The notes under the pieces were generated by a model that saw nothing but the letters and a program-made list of their open reading frames with translations, was not told where the DNA came from and did no database searches. Shown piece after piece: positions 1 through 12,360 of a stretch of DNA of 64,000 nt. Each line of letters opens with the position of its first letter. Positions within the stretch are counted from its first letter, which is position 1. The translations under genes were made by a program, and so were the position numbers. The stretch is from Moniliella sp. 'wahieum' (lineage: Eukaryota), in the NCBI GenBank assembly GCA_003971905.1, contig RSEE01000042.1, positions 248,001 to 312,000 of the forward strand, read 5' to 3'.

Positions 1-830
1 CGGCGTACCGGTATGCGGTCGACTTTTCCATGGTGTGGTCCAAATTACTGGGGGAACGTGCGTCCCCCTACACAGCCAGCCTACTTAGTCATGTTATTGT
101 TGCAGCTGCAGCGGAGGCGATGGACTTGGAACGCATACAAGGATGTGGGGGACGAGCTCATGGATCGTTTGCACTCTCTCTCGCTCAATCCGAATGGTGC
201 TAATACGACGTTGGATGAGATTGCGAGGGAGTTGCACTCCAACTCACTTTTGTTGCGACAAGAGAATACTAAGCAACTCTATCTCGAGTCGATCTACACT
301 GAATCGGTCGAGGCGGAGCACAATCGCTCAGTCTTTGCTTCTTCCCCTTCGTTGGACGTGGCTCGTCCCCAACTGCAACGGGTCATGGCAACCCGCTTGA
401 ACGCCTCATACCGTCAAACACGTCAAGTCAACACCTCTTTCCGCCCCACCTCTACGAGCACCCCTCCTCGCCCAGCTAAACGGACCATGCGCACCACATT
501 TGACTCGTACTCTGCCGGACCTGGACTCAGCACCTCGATCTCCCCCTCGGCTTCTACACCTGGGCTTGGATTTTCCCCTGCGTCCCCCGCCACCCATGGA
601 GTACCTCGATTCGTGCGCAACGTCCGCAGGCCTTCCTCGATTCGGATGAGGAGGAAGAGGAAGAGGAGGAGGAGGCACCCTTACCAGTAGCCGTATCGAC
701 GGCATCGGGCACCTACGAAGTAGCGGGCGCAGATGGCCAGAAGCTCTTCTTTGGCCAAGGTCCCCTGTCCTTTGACCAAGCTCGTCGTTTGGCCTGGCAG
801 ACGGCCCAGCGAAGTGGCCTCGCTGCCTAA
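1..830 (+). CDS. 3' part of an unidentified protein-coding gene (partial at window edge; intron ~58-105; frameshifts)
   Basis: GTGCGT...TTGCAG intron, then helical coding sequence (DVGDELMDRLHSLSL...ELHSNSLLLRQENTKQLYLESIY). A Ser/Pro/Thr-rich linker follows and, after a frame change, an acidic tail SDEEEEEEEEAPLPV...RSGLAA* (TAA 828-830). Family not recognised. Confidence 0.5.
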
Positions 831-1221
831 CATCCTCTTCTGCCCGCTCAACCATGCTCTTTCTACTTCCTCGCATATGTCAGACGTGCACAATACCCCA
901 TAACGGATCTGTTCCTGTGAACGTTTAACGTGCTCAATCCCTACATTTGATTCGGCTCCTTGGCTGGCGGACACCACACAGTATATAAGAAGTGCAACAG
1001 ACAACTGTTGTTATGAAGCGTGGACAATATGGACGAAGGGGGTTCTTGGGTAAGAGCCGAACTGAGGTGAAAGTGCTTGTTCCATATGCGTACACCACAT
1101 ATAAAGTTCTGCAAGACCGAGGCAACGACGGTGTCCATGGGGTTATGGGCTAGATTCGAAGAACAACGGGCTTTCCCCTTAGTGACGATAATGTAAAGGC
1201 TGTCTCGTCCACGACCAAGCA

Positions 1222-1314
1222 GCTCCGATCTTCCAGTGGTTAGGAAGTGGGATTTTGAATAGGCACCTGTCAAGACATCTTCCCGAAACCTGGGTTCGAA
1301 TCCCAGTTGGAGCT
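1222..1314 (+). tRNA. tRNA-Gln(UUG) with 21-nt intron (1259-1279)
   Basis: Acceptor GCTCCGA/TTGGAGC, D arm TTCC-AGTGGTTA-GGAA, anticodon arm TGGGA-TT-TTG-A-[intron]-T-TCCCG, T arm CTGGG-TTCGAAT-CCCAG. A T7 Pol III terminator lies at ~1317-1323. Confidence 0.9.
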
Positions 1315-1505
1315 TATTTTTTTCTCTTCGAATGTGTGAAGTCACACCCCAGGTCCTGCTTAAAAGTGTAGGAGAGCTGATATATTCCGCTGGCGCGGAA
1401 CCAAAAATAGCAAGAAACGGCCCGCGCCCAACCTCTTACGACGTCGGCTTGCTTCGGCTTATCTGGTTCTGCAACCACCACCACTACCTCCTGCTAGTGC
1501 CGGCG

Positions 1506-2520
1506 ATGAGCGACGAGGTGGAACACCGGGTGATCAATATTGCACTCCTAGTGGCTGACACGCCTCCGCCCAAGGTGACGGAGAAGTTTGGTGACTACAC
1601 CAAGATCTACCCTCGCTTCTTGAACGGCGCGCTAGCCACCATTCCTCGCTTCCGTCACCACTACACTGCCGAGCTCAACATTGTCCCCTTCCATGTGCGT
1701 AATGTGGATGATTACCCTTCCGGGGAGGACCTTGGTGAGGGTAAGTGGGATGCATCATGATCACCGGCTCCGCCTCGAACGCGTACGAAGACAACGAGTG
1801 GACGAACAAGATGGTCAAGTTCATCCAGTATGTGGCTGAGGACCATCCCTTGGTTCGCATTATGGGCATCTGCTGGGGCCACCAAATTGTAGCCCGCGCA
1901 TTTGGGGCCAAGGTCGAATCCAACCCTCTTGGATGGGAGGTCAGTACTCAGTCGATGCTGATCCTTGCTGATTTATACTGACTATCGTTGATCTGCCCAG
2001 TTGGGAGTGTACGATGCCGATTTGACCGCGGAAGGACACGAACTGTTCGATGGTCTGATTGCTGGCAAGCAGCTGCGTTTGCAGCAAGTACACCGGGACA
2101 TTGTGTTGACGTTCCCCCTGATCTGGACGGGGAGGAATTTCTCAATCTGGCCTCGACACCCAAGTGTAAGGTCCAGGGCTTGGCGCTGCGCTACATGACC
2201 GAGGCCCCGCCCCTACCGGGAAAGGCTGGTACGTCAGCGTACATGGCTTTTGACGTGGACGACCACACTCCTTCTTCGGGCCCTGCTCCTGTTCGCTCCC
2301 TCCACATCCTGACCACTCAGGGTCACCCCGAGTTCACCCAGGACCTGGTCGCGCTTCTCGCCAGCAGCAGACGGAGATGGGCAGTGCATCTCGCGAAACG
2401 CTCGCCGAGTTTTTGAGCACTGCCAACAAGCCCGATGACAGTGTGGCCGTCGGTGTCGTCTTCCTTGCCATGCTGGGGTACGAGCCGGCACGCGATGAGG
2501 GTGGTCCCACGTTCTCGTGA
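1506..2520 (+). CDS. Class I glutamine amidotransferase-like protein (YLR126C/GMP-synthase-GATase-like), one intron ~1939-2000, frameshifts
   Basis: NIALLVADTP...FGDY, ITGSASNAY, nucleophile motif GICWGHQ, GWE|LG across a GTCAGT...CTGAC...CAG intron, and the QGHPEF His-Glu motif. Likely stop TGA at 2518-2520. Confidence 0.85.
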
Positions 2521-3180
2521 GCCCCCACCTGTATCCCTTCGATTATCGTTCAGCCATGCCTGCTGTTCTGATCTAAATGCACATCTTTTCGCATGCAGCC
2601 CTACGTCATGTGTACATGACCGCAAGATCATGGATAGTCTCAAGTTGAGTCCCGTGTTCTGTACTTCATTTCTGTCCTCGATACTTCTTAATCGGGACAC
2701 GAGTCGCACTTTTCAGTTACGCGGCAGAAGTTCGGGGAATACTGAACGATGTTAGCGAGAGGAATGAACGAGAATGTAGTGCACGTACATTTATGCTAGA
2801 GGCGCCAGCGAGCATGGGGAGGCGGGCTGGTCCACTCGTTGAAACGGCGTAAGAACATCTTTGTCATGCCCCCACGCGATGGGATCCCTTGACTGCACGT
2901 TCTTTCGGTGTTCTTGACCCCTGGTGCCTTAGGCATGCACCTTCTGCATTCCCTACGGTCTTGTACCTCGCCCGAGCTTTTGGTAGGGCCGTCTCATTAT
3001 TGCTGCCCGGTGATGCGACATTCCGGAATGGAAGTATATCCACCCAGTCTCCGCAACTCGAGAGATCCCTACACCAAGAGACTCGAGCTACTGAGAATCA
3101 CATACGTGAACGAACTAAATCATACAATGAGCTCTCTGAGCAAGTTTTGAGTAGCACCCCTAACGACGAGAGAAGTCCAA

Positions 3181-4383
3181 TCAATGGCACCCGGCTTGAC
3201 AGCGTTGAGCTGCAGCGAGCCCACAGCCGCAATGTCAGCCAGCGTCTTGGCCGCCTCGTCCAACTGACCAAGGAGCAGAACCGAGTTCAAACGAGAAGGT
3301 TGTTGGTTGAGTTTGAAGAGCTTGTTGACGTCCTCCACAGGCAGAGGAGCTTGGCCTTGGGCCTGCCGCGCTGCGTTCTCGGCCGTCTTGCGCTCCAGGT
3401 ACTCTGCCGCACGAGCGCGCTCACGCGTCAACTGCCGCAGTTGGAACCCAATGTTGCCTGCCTCACTCGAGTATTCATCCAGGCTGTCCAGAGTCGTCTC
3501 AAAGCCGTGGTGAGCGTTGGGGTCAGCGCAAGGGTCAAGTTGGTGTTGGGCACATGAGTGTCAAGCGGGACGGATGGGCCACGCAGCAGCTCTTGACGAC
3601 GAAAGCGGCACAGCGCGAGGAGCAGGCTCCGGCACAGTGGAAAGAGTGGAGATGAACGCATCGAGGAATGCCGTGTTGTGCAGCGTCACTGGGATCTCGA
3701 TCAGCACTTTGGAGAAAGTGAGCTCGTGGTCAATCAGGCTTTGCACGCTGAACTTTCCCTCCGTGTAGGCAGCAATAAACTCGGGGGAGAGACGGAAAGC
3801 ACGTATGGCCGTGTTGCCCATGGCGGACTGGGCCAAATCATGGGACACGAGAATGGCCCTACCCGCGCCTGGCGTGCCCGACTTCTCAATCAGGACGACA
3901 CAGCGAAGAGGGCGTCGACGACGGTCGCGTTGAGGAACTGGCCCATAAAGCACACCCACATACAGGCCCACAGGGTTGGCATCGGCGTTAACCTCACGCA
4001 AGTTGCGCACCATGGCCGGAGTACCGCGTAACAAGCTTCTCAACGGCGTTCTCGGGCTCAGCGCCCTCCTCACGATCCGAGTGGGAAGGGAGAGCAGGGA
4101 GCGCAAACCCATTGCTGGCTTCCACCGTGCCCCCGAGGTCAAGACCAAGAAGCCACCGTATGGCGGAAGGGTGTGACTCGCGGCTGTGCCGGACAAGCTT
4201 GCTGAGGGCTAGGCCATCCAGACGGAGGGAAGTGGTGGTCTCCTTGGATGCCTCGTGGAGCTCCCAGGCGGCCTTGTCAAGTTGGCGCAGAGCAGTCTCG
4301 CTGCGCTTGTCAGCCTTCTTCTCCTCGGCCTGCTGCTGGGCAGCAACGGCGGCAGCTGCAGTCTGGGCAAAGGGAATTGCCAT
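3181..4383 (-). CDS. eIF3h: Eukaryotic translation initiation factor 3 subunit H (MPN domain), frameshifted
   Basis: LRLDGLALSKLVRHSRES, LLGLDLGGTVEASNGFALP, LREVNADANPVGLY, IRAFRLSPEF...FSKVLIEIPVTLHN and C-terminal LFKL..QPSRLNSVLLLGQL are characteristic of fungal eIF3h. Confidence 0.85.
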
Positions 4384-4609
4384 CGTCGCGGTCGTCCAGG
4401 TCGTCGAAGTCGGGCGAGTACTCGGGGCTGTCGTATGCGCCAGGCGTGGCAGCGGGCTGGCCGAGGGAAGAAAAAATGGGGAGCAGGGAGGGAGTGGTGT
4501 GCTAGGGTTGCGCCGCGTTCCGCTCGCCAACTTCATTCGCCAGGGGCCATTCGCCATAAAGCGCTGGCACGTTAGCGAGTGGCAACCACCATCCCCTGCC
4601 GGTACCGCC

Positions 4610-5047
4610 ATGGCCTCGAGCTCGTCCAACTCCTCTTACTACGAGCTGTACCGCCGTAGCAGGTACGGCTTGTCCTGTGCTTTCTCTGTTATCTTCTCTG
4701 CTTCCGGCTGACATGATCGCTCTGCCCGGATTGCGCGTCTCTTGTCCGGTAGCATCGGGATCCACCTCACTGATGCGCTGGACGAGCTGATCCAGGCCGG
4801 CTCCATCCCGCCCGTGTTGGCGATGAAGGTCCTGATGCAGTTTGACCGCTCCGTTGCGGAAACTCTGCGCAAGCAAGTCAGAAGCAAGTGCTCTGTCAAG
4901 GGTTACCTCAAGCACTACAACCATTGCTATGAGGTTTGGACGTTGCAGGTGACCAAGGGCAACCTCAAGCTCGACAATGGGGAGCAGATTCCGATCGACA
5001 ATGTGCGTATTGTGGCCTGTAAATTCCCAGAAAACTCGGGCCGTTAA
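4610..5047 (+). CDS. TOA2: Transcription initiation factor IIA gamma (small) subunit; intron 4663-4752
   Basis: Spliced product MASSSSNSSYYELYRRSSIGIHLTDALDELI...QFDRSVAETL...KGYLKHY..CYEVWT...RIVAC. Intron is GTACGG...CTGAC...TAG. Confidence 0.92.
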
Positions 5048-7471
5048 TGTTGGGAGTTCGTTTGGCATCTAGTCCAGCTCCCCTCCGCCTCGTCCTCGTC
5101 TCTCCGACTTCTTTCACGCACCCCTGTGACATGTGTACTTTTAGCGAAATTCGCATCCCTAGGTCTAATCCCACATACTTTGGACCCCTCCTTGCTGCTC
5201 AAGTGGGTCCACTCAGCTGCTCCACCGAGTCGGATTGTCTGTCTCTTCACCGGCGACGCTGGATTCTGAATGGGGTTCTTCGAAGGTCACTGTGCGTTAA
5301 GGTCATGAGGGGTTTCAAGCTTCAAGCTGTACGTGAAGCAGCATGCAGCGTGAACCTGGACCAATGTAGTAGAGCATGACGTGCACGATGGGAGTGACGT
5401 GTTCAGCCCCAGCGCTCATCGAGCACATCTCGAACCGGGGTGTCGATGAGATCGATCGTAGCCGGCAGGTTTGGATGTGAGCCGGATTGAATGCCGGAGC
5501 TTGGTAGGTGGTAGTGTATGGGGGAGACCCATAAACGCAAGGAACGACGTATCCACCAGCCTAGTGGACCCAGTATGGATCTTAAAGCTTAACCCATAGC
5601 GGTGGCCATGATGTATCGATGATGGAAGCTGGATGGTGGTGGCTATTGGCAAAGGCTGTGGCATGTGAACGAGAGTTGATTAATGATTCTGAATGTAGGG
5701 TATAGATGTAGGTACTTAAGAAGTTACATATACACAGGTCTCCTATGCCAGCCGGGCTCACCGTTTGCTGACACAGCTGGGGGCCGTTGTGGCATCGTTT
5801 TTGTGCGTGAAAAAAGTATGCGCTCCATTCCTTAGATCTGAGATCTGAGATCTCCTGTGGGCCATAGTACTCGGTACGGCCTTTACCAACTGTTGGTTGG
5901 TTTAGTCTAGTTATACTGGTTCCAGTTGCTAGGTGCTGTGGCTACCTGAGGCCTGAAGCTTGAAGCTTGAAGGCCTGATATAGGATAGGCCTCATTGCAT
6001 TGACATATTATGTTGCACAGGTTGTACTAATTTGTATGTCAAGCTGGCGCATCCTCATGATGATGCGATAGGTGTACATGTCATCGCGTCATCAGTGTTT
6101 ACACAGTATCCGCCCTAGTGTAGGCCTTGGCCTTACATACAATCATAGCCGAAACGTATCCGATAACCGCCGGTGTCCCTTTCAGGGCGATTGTGGCATG
6201 TGAGCGCCAGGCAGCTAAAGTGTACAAGGTGAACGCACCTTGAAAACTTGACGCTACAGCGAAGCTCGACAACAACAGGGTGCTCACCAGTCGGTGACTG
6301 CCTTCGCCGTAGGTGCTGTTGAACGTTGAACGTTGAACGTTGACCGAGCGAAATCTTCGTACTCACAGTGTACATCAATACTGCTTAGGCTGATATGCTG
6401 ATGAGCTTAACGCCAGGGCCTCGGGGCTCATCGATCATCGTTTTCGCCAGCCACACAGCGCGTCACCGGCCTCAACGCACAGCAGTTTGGGTTTGGAGTG
6501 GCACCACGACGAAGCTTGAAGCTTGACATGATGTTGACAGAAATTAAACGCATGCGCCTACTTCTTTCAAGCTTCAAGCTTCCAGCTTGATTAACGTCAT
6601 TCCGTACTGTTGATCGATGAGACTTGTTTAGTCCTGGCGGTCCCCTCTTCGAGAGTGAAGTCATCACACTGGTGGTGGTGGTGGTCGAAGCCAGCCTACA
6701 GAGGAGCGTAAAGCAGCTGACCACCGCCAGGGGCTATGAGGCTGTGGAACAAGGAAAACAAACGATAAAACAACAGAACTCCTATAGTAGGCCTGAGGCC
6801 TCTGAGGAGAGGGACTGAAGAAGGGACGTTGGCCACGAGCCGCCCGCGATGGCTCAATACGCACGACCCATCTTACCATTTCCCCTCCCTCTCTGATCAG
6901 GCTCGATCCGATCTTGTATCTCATTTGGTTCGCGTTATAGTTGCTATTGCCTTACCTTATGCCTTCACATATGGGGTCTGTATATACGGGAAGCTGCACA
7001 CACACAGAGAGACAGATGTTTGAAACGCTTGGAAAGAGAAGGAATGAAAACATGGGGAGCTGCGGACGGGACAAGAATCGGAACGGCACATTAGATATAC
7101 CGTGAAGTACATGTGTGGCTTACGCGATTGTCAAAAGAGACAGGTAGTGGTACAAGACGAATCAGATGGGAACTGGGACTCAACCAACCCCTACCGCTTG
7201 GGGCAACGACAAGTACGTGGTAGGGGGGGGAGGTTCTGTTTGGCTTTGGAGAACAAAAAGGGCAGGATGGAGCCGGGAAGGTGGTTGGACGGAAGTTCGG
7301 ATGCACCCATAGGGTCGCATAAAAAAAGCACACGTACGATGGAGCTGGAGTAGCAGCTGTGTTCTTGAGAGAAAAGTTGGGTAGACGGAGGCATTTGGAG
7401 CCACGGCTTGAACGGTGTGTAAAGTAGTCCAACAACAGAGGAAAGCAAAGCCAACTTTGGATTCCAACGGA

Positions 7472-8864
7472 TTAGGTCCTGCTGTTCTTCTTACGACGGG
7501 CAGGGCGCGTGGTGTCCACAATCAAATCAATCCACTCGGCCGGGCAGTCCTTCTGCCGGATATGCAGTTTGGCAAAGTGCCGACGAGCATCGTATTTGCG
7601 CGCAAAGGCCTTGTTGCACGACGAAACGGGGCAACAAAGGGACGGGTTGCCTAGGATCATGAACGAGGGCATGCGCGGCAAGGTTGTAGAAACGATTGAA
7701 ACGACGGCCACACTCAGGGCAAATGAAGGTACCAAGTGCGGACCGACCCGTGGCCGGCGGGACCAGGGCCGCCGGAGGGGGGTGTGATGATCATGCACGC
7801 CGGATGGAAGATCAGACGTTGGAAATGCAATGTCGGACTGAGTGCGCCTGTGAAACGTGTTGATCCGAGCAGAAGGATCAACAGGTGAACACGATCGGAA
7901 CTGACGAGCCGAACCGCCCCGGCACAGGTCGAGAGACAAATGGCAGGCACACTCGGCGTGCCACATCCCATTGCCGCCTCGGGCTGAACCGTGTCACAAT
8001 GGGAATGTACAGGGCTCAGTTGCTGTGAGGCGCCGTCGGGGCTACTTCCGATGCTGGTGGGAAAAGGGATTGAAGAAGGAGCGTTGGCCAGTGGTGCTGA
8101 GCCTACATCCAAGTCCAAATCGAAGGGGCTGAAACGGCACAAGGGCCAGCTCGGAAGGAGGCGGAGCCGTGGTAGGTCCGGGGACGTTGTGTTGGGAGCC
8201 AGGGTGTCCAACGGCCAAACAGATGGTACGCCTTCGAGCGCCGATTCACCTTTGGAGCAGAGCTTATTCATGGTATAGTGTCAGTGCAACACGAACGAGA
8301 GTGACGATAGCAGAAAAAAAATGCTTACTGCTGCAGCAGGAGGTCCTTCGATTTCACACTCAGTCCGATCAGGCGTACCGAGTGAAGGGGTGATGGGCTG
8401 GGAAGAGGGGAACGGAGGCAAGTTCGACAGGTCATTCAACCACCCAGAAAGAATTGTGCTTCCCGATCGGATGGGGTAAATCCCGAGTACTGCCCGCTTC
8501 CCGAATCGCTCTCAGGAAAACTGGCTTCAGAACTTGAGTTGAAGAAAGGAGGGGAAGCAAGCAAATCAGGCACGTCCATCAGGCCTCCAGTTGCATCCTC
8601 GGTCGCCAGAGAGGGAGTCGTCGCATCCGCGAGAACTGGCTCGTTCGGGGCCGTCTTGATATGGCCTGGGGTGCAGGTCATGTTAGGGGAGACACAGGAA
8701 GCTGGCAGGTTGAGGCCCAAGGCGGGGAAGAACAAGTAGGCAGACAGATCCGAGAAGGGCAACGCAGCAGTTGCCATGTTGTCGTGAGGGGGGAGGCTGG
8801 TAGCGGTGATTGCTGCAGTGTTGTCGCGGCCGTTTCCTAGGAATGTAGGCATGGCTTTGAACAT
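7472..8864 (-). CDS. C2H2 zinc-finger protein (single C-terminal finger, long Ser/Pro-rich N-terminus); intron near 8263-8328, frameshifts
   Basis: CPVSSCNKAFARKYDARRHFAKLH (C-x4-C-x12-H-x4-H) followed by basic RRKK. Upstream ORF pieces 8436-8909 and 7714-8271 can be joined through a GTAAGC...ACTGAC...AAG intron and single-base shifts. TATATAAAA on the minus strand at 8968-8976. Confidence 0.7.
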
Positions 8865-11800
8865 ATGAGGCCACCCAGAGCTGACTGGGGGTGAGGAGAT
8901 GATGGTCAAGCAAAAGAAGGATGGGTGGAAGTTGCGGGACGATGGAGGGGGGACGACCGAGCCGAAGTTTTATATATGAGAAGCGAGACGGAGGGGGTGT
9001 CGTTGGGTGTGTGGCCAGCAAAAGGCTGCGCTGGCGCCCTTGCTGTTTGAGTAGCGCTGGCTGTGTTGGCGTTGAGGTTGGAACGTTGACCGCCCAGCTA
9101 CACACGTCAAACCCAAAGCCCTGCACGCCTTTCTCGATCTCTTCGGCTGGGCGCGAGGCGGGTGTGCAAGCTGGGGTGGTGCACACATCAGTCGAGAGCA
9201 TAGCATCGTTCATCATGCATCATACATCATACATCATACATCACCCATCTCCGCTCAGCTCTCACGCGTGACGCTCGTCCATGCATGGCACCCGGCATGT
9301 GGCATGTAGCGCGGTGTATGGCCAGATATCGGTGATTGGTGATCGAGATGATCGATGGCATGAGACGCGTGACTCGTGATGCATGATGTCAGCCGGTAAC
9401 CGGTAACCTGAGAGGTCAGCCGGTCTGCTGATCACTGGTCACCGGTCCCAGGTCACTGGTCAGGCTTCAGGCTGAGCTCTGGCGCTGGGGCTGAAATCGG
9501 AGATCTCAGATCTCATGTGAGTCTCAGATCTGACAAAATTGAGTTACCGGTTCCGAGACAACCAGTGGGCATGGCCGGCACATGCTGCACAGGCTGCACT
9601 CTCCCGACTTGCGGCCTCCGACCTCCGGGGCCGGATGTGGACCCTCCGCAACCGCGTAACCCCAGCGTATCTTGGTTTTTTCGACGTGGCGTTGCTGAAC
9701 CCAGCACTGCATCTCATATACCCTCCTCTCAGATCTCATCTCGGTCTCATCAGACGTGTAGTGTAGGCAGAAGTTACATGGTACTGACCCCCATGCTGTT
9801 GCTAGAGAAGCAATTGACTTTCGCCAGAAAAGGGTGTCGGTCGCCATCGAGTCGCTACACAGTTCCGTGTTACGCTTTAATGGTCGAGCGCGAGTGGTTG
9901 AATGTTGAATGGTCAGTTGACCATGTAGCTTCTACACTATACACTTCTTGAGGCTGTCCGCGATGCTATGATTCTAACACGAGAGGTAGGACGTGAAAAG
10001 GGCACCGCCCGAGAAGAAAGAAGCAGATATAAATTGATGTGACGTCGTTGACGTGTGACTTCATCGATCATGGGTCATCATGACCGGTGACATGTAACAC
10101 GGTGACGCTTACGACATGTGTGACGGATCAGTGACAAACAAAAATGAGTCTCCGATATACACCCTGCCAACCCCCACCAACGGCAGCGAAACATACGCCC
10201 CCGCCATGAGTATACTGAGTACACACTCCAAACCGATTATTGCTCGTTACTGGACTTCTCAGGAATGACCTCAGTACTCAGTTTGAGTACTAACCACAGC
10301 CGACACGATCCGATTATGCACCTATAGTTAAGGGCGATGCTGTGGTCTGGTGTGCTATGGAGCGTGTGGAGGATATGGGACGAGATGGGGGGACACGTGG
10401 GGGTGAGGCATGATGGTGGACGTACCGAAACTCCACCGAGAGTTAAATGATTACAGTAACCCGCGATCATGCGCATGACATATGTCAAAATGATGTGATA
10501 ACAGATGATGCGATGACAGGTCGATCCTGGAGAGGTCTTAATAGGAAAACGGCAAGGAGCGAATACGGGCATGAGAGTGCTGTGCATACATATCGAAAAA
10601 AGCAATGCAGTGCCGTCGACAAGATGGCCAGACGTGGTGTCTAAAAGTCCCAGGCCATTTCCATCATCATACATTTGTTGTGTTGTTCGAATCGTATGAG
10701 TAGCCCTAATAATTTCCTGTAAGACCGGAGGAACCCAAGGATTGGGTGAAGAACCTCTGGAAATGTAGAGCAATGCAATCGCGATGGTGTGGTTGAGGTC
10801 TAAGCCTTGTGCCACACCTAGAGACAGGGGTTCAGACAGCCTGAGTATACACGTGGAGGCTTCGGAGGACAAATCAGGGGAAGGGTGATGAGGCGCCTTG
10901 GCCTAAGTACGGGACCACGGGTCCCACATTTCCCGCCGGGGTAGTGTAGCGACGCAAGTATCTCCCTTTTATATCGCAGACCCCCTTTTTACTTGACGTA
11001 AGCCGAAGATTATGTGGTAAGCGTGCCACCCGGCACGCTTGCCGGCGGAATGCGCAGCCCACCCCCCCGCGCGCTCAGCCATGCATATGGGTGATAAAAT
11101 TCCTCCAGCGTGGAATGGTGGCTACGATGGCGACGGGGGAACGGTGGACCGGTGGCTAAGGTGGCGACGGTGCACCAAGCACCAAGCACCAAGCTGGGGC
11201 GAAGCCCCAGCTGACCGGGCCGTAGGCCCGGTGGTCTTCTAGTGCCAGAAAACGCAAGCGAGACACAAAAACAGTCTCTATCATGCAGACAGCGAATACA
11301 GCAGAGAGAGAGGAGGAGTATCGAGTATAAACGGGAGCGGGATACAGGTGGAGGTAAGGCAAATACAGGCGTTGCGACAAGAAGAAAAGAAAACCTTCTG
11401 AGTAGGTGAGCTAACTGAAGAAGAACTAGCCAGCCACGTGGCAACAGTAGAGCAGGGAAGCGTCAGCTGCGGCAACTGGCAGACCGTTGCCCTCTGCTGA
11501 CTTCTTCCCAAGCGGCGGCGGCAAAACAGGCAAAGCACAACGGCAGAACTGCCACATCCGATTCAATCAGTGTTCAAGCTTGACACGTTACCGGTTATCT
11601 CTCCCGTCCCGGCATCGACATCGGGCATCGCGCCCTCTGGCAGCTTCCTAGTTAGGCAAGTATCACATCGGATCTCAGATCTCCTCAGATCTCGGATCCA
11701 TCGCGCCGCACGCACCCTATGAGTGTGGGCGCATAGCATGCGCCACGGCGCGGGTGTTTGAGATCTCAAACGCAACTGGCCGCATAGCTCGGCAGAAGGC

Positions 11801-11994
11801 CAGAGGGGCCTAGAGGGCACGTGATGCATGCGGGACGTACGATGCAAACCCTATCGGAAGGGGTGCAGGCTCGTGGCGCGCCAGCCTGCCCCAGCGCGAT
11901 GGCCATACAGCCGCTTCAAACAGTAATCGATGCTGGATAAGCTCAATCCTCGATATTGGGATCTTCGGAGCCTTCCATAGCGGACCCGCATGGA

Positions 11995-12360
11995 CCCTGA
12001 GTGCCTGAGCTCAGGCCTGAGGCCCTGAGGCCCTGAGGACCCCTCGAATATCTAGATACCCCCGATCAAGCTGTGGTCGGCAGCTACCTGACCGGCCTGA
12101 GGGGCCTGAGGGGCCTGAGGCTCAGGCCTGAGGGTCAGGCCTCAGCAGACTCGAAGAGACCAGCCAGGCGAGGCTGCGCAATTGTGCGCTGAGCCACAGA
12201 CTGTGAGTAGTCGACTAGTGAGCGCTAGCTCAACGCCATGCTCACCACTCACCGGTCGCCGGCCTCACCCGCATCAGTCACCTAGTCGCAGGTCACCGGT
12301 CACATGACACATGTCACCGGACACTGGGACATGCTTGCCCTCAGTACGATCGGTACGTAC
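11995..12360. repeat. Dense array of palindromic-hexamer / TGA-TCA heptamer motifs
   Basis: GCCTGAGCTCAGGCCTGAGGCCCTGAGGCCCTGAGG, GGCCTGAGGGGCCTGAGGGGCCTGAGGCTCAGGCCTGAGG, GTCACCGGTCACATGACACATGTCACCGG. Confidence 0.85.

Noticed and set aside
10237..10872. 211-aa minus-strand ORF
   Set aside because: Non-ATG start, no domain, composition unlike genuine genes here.
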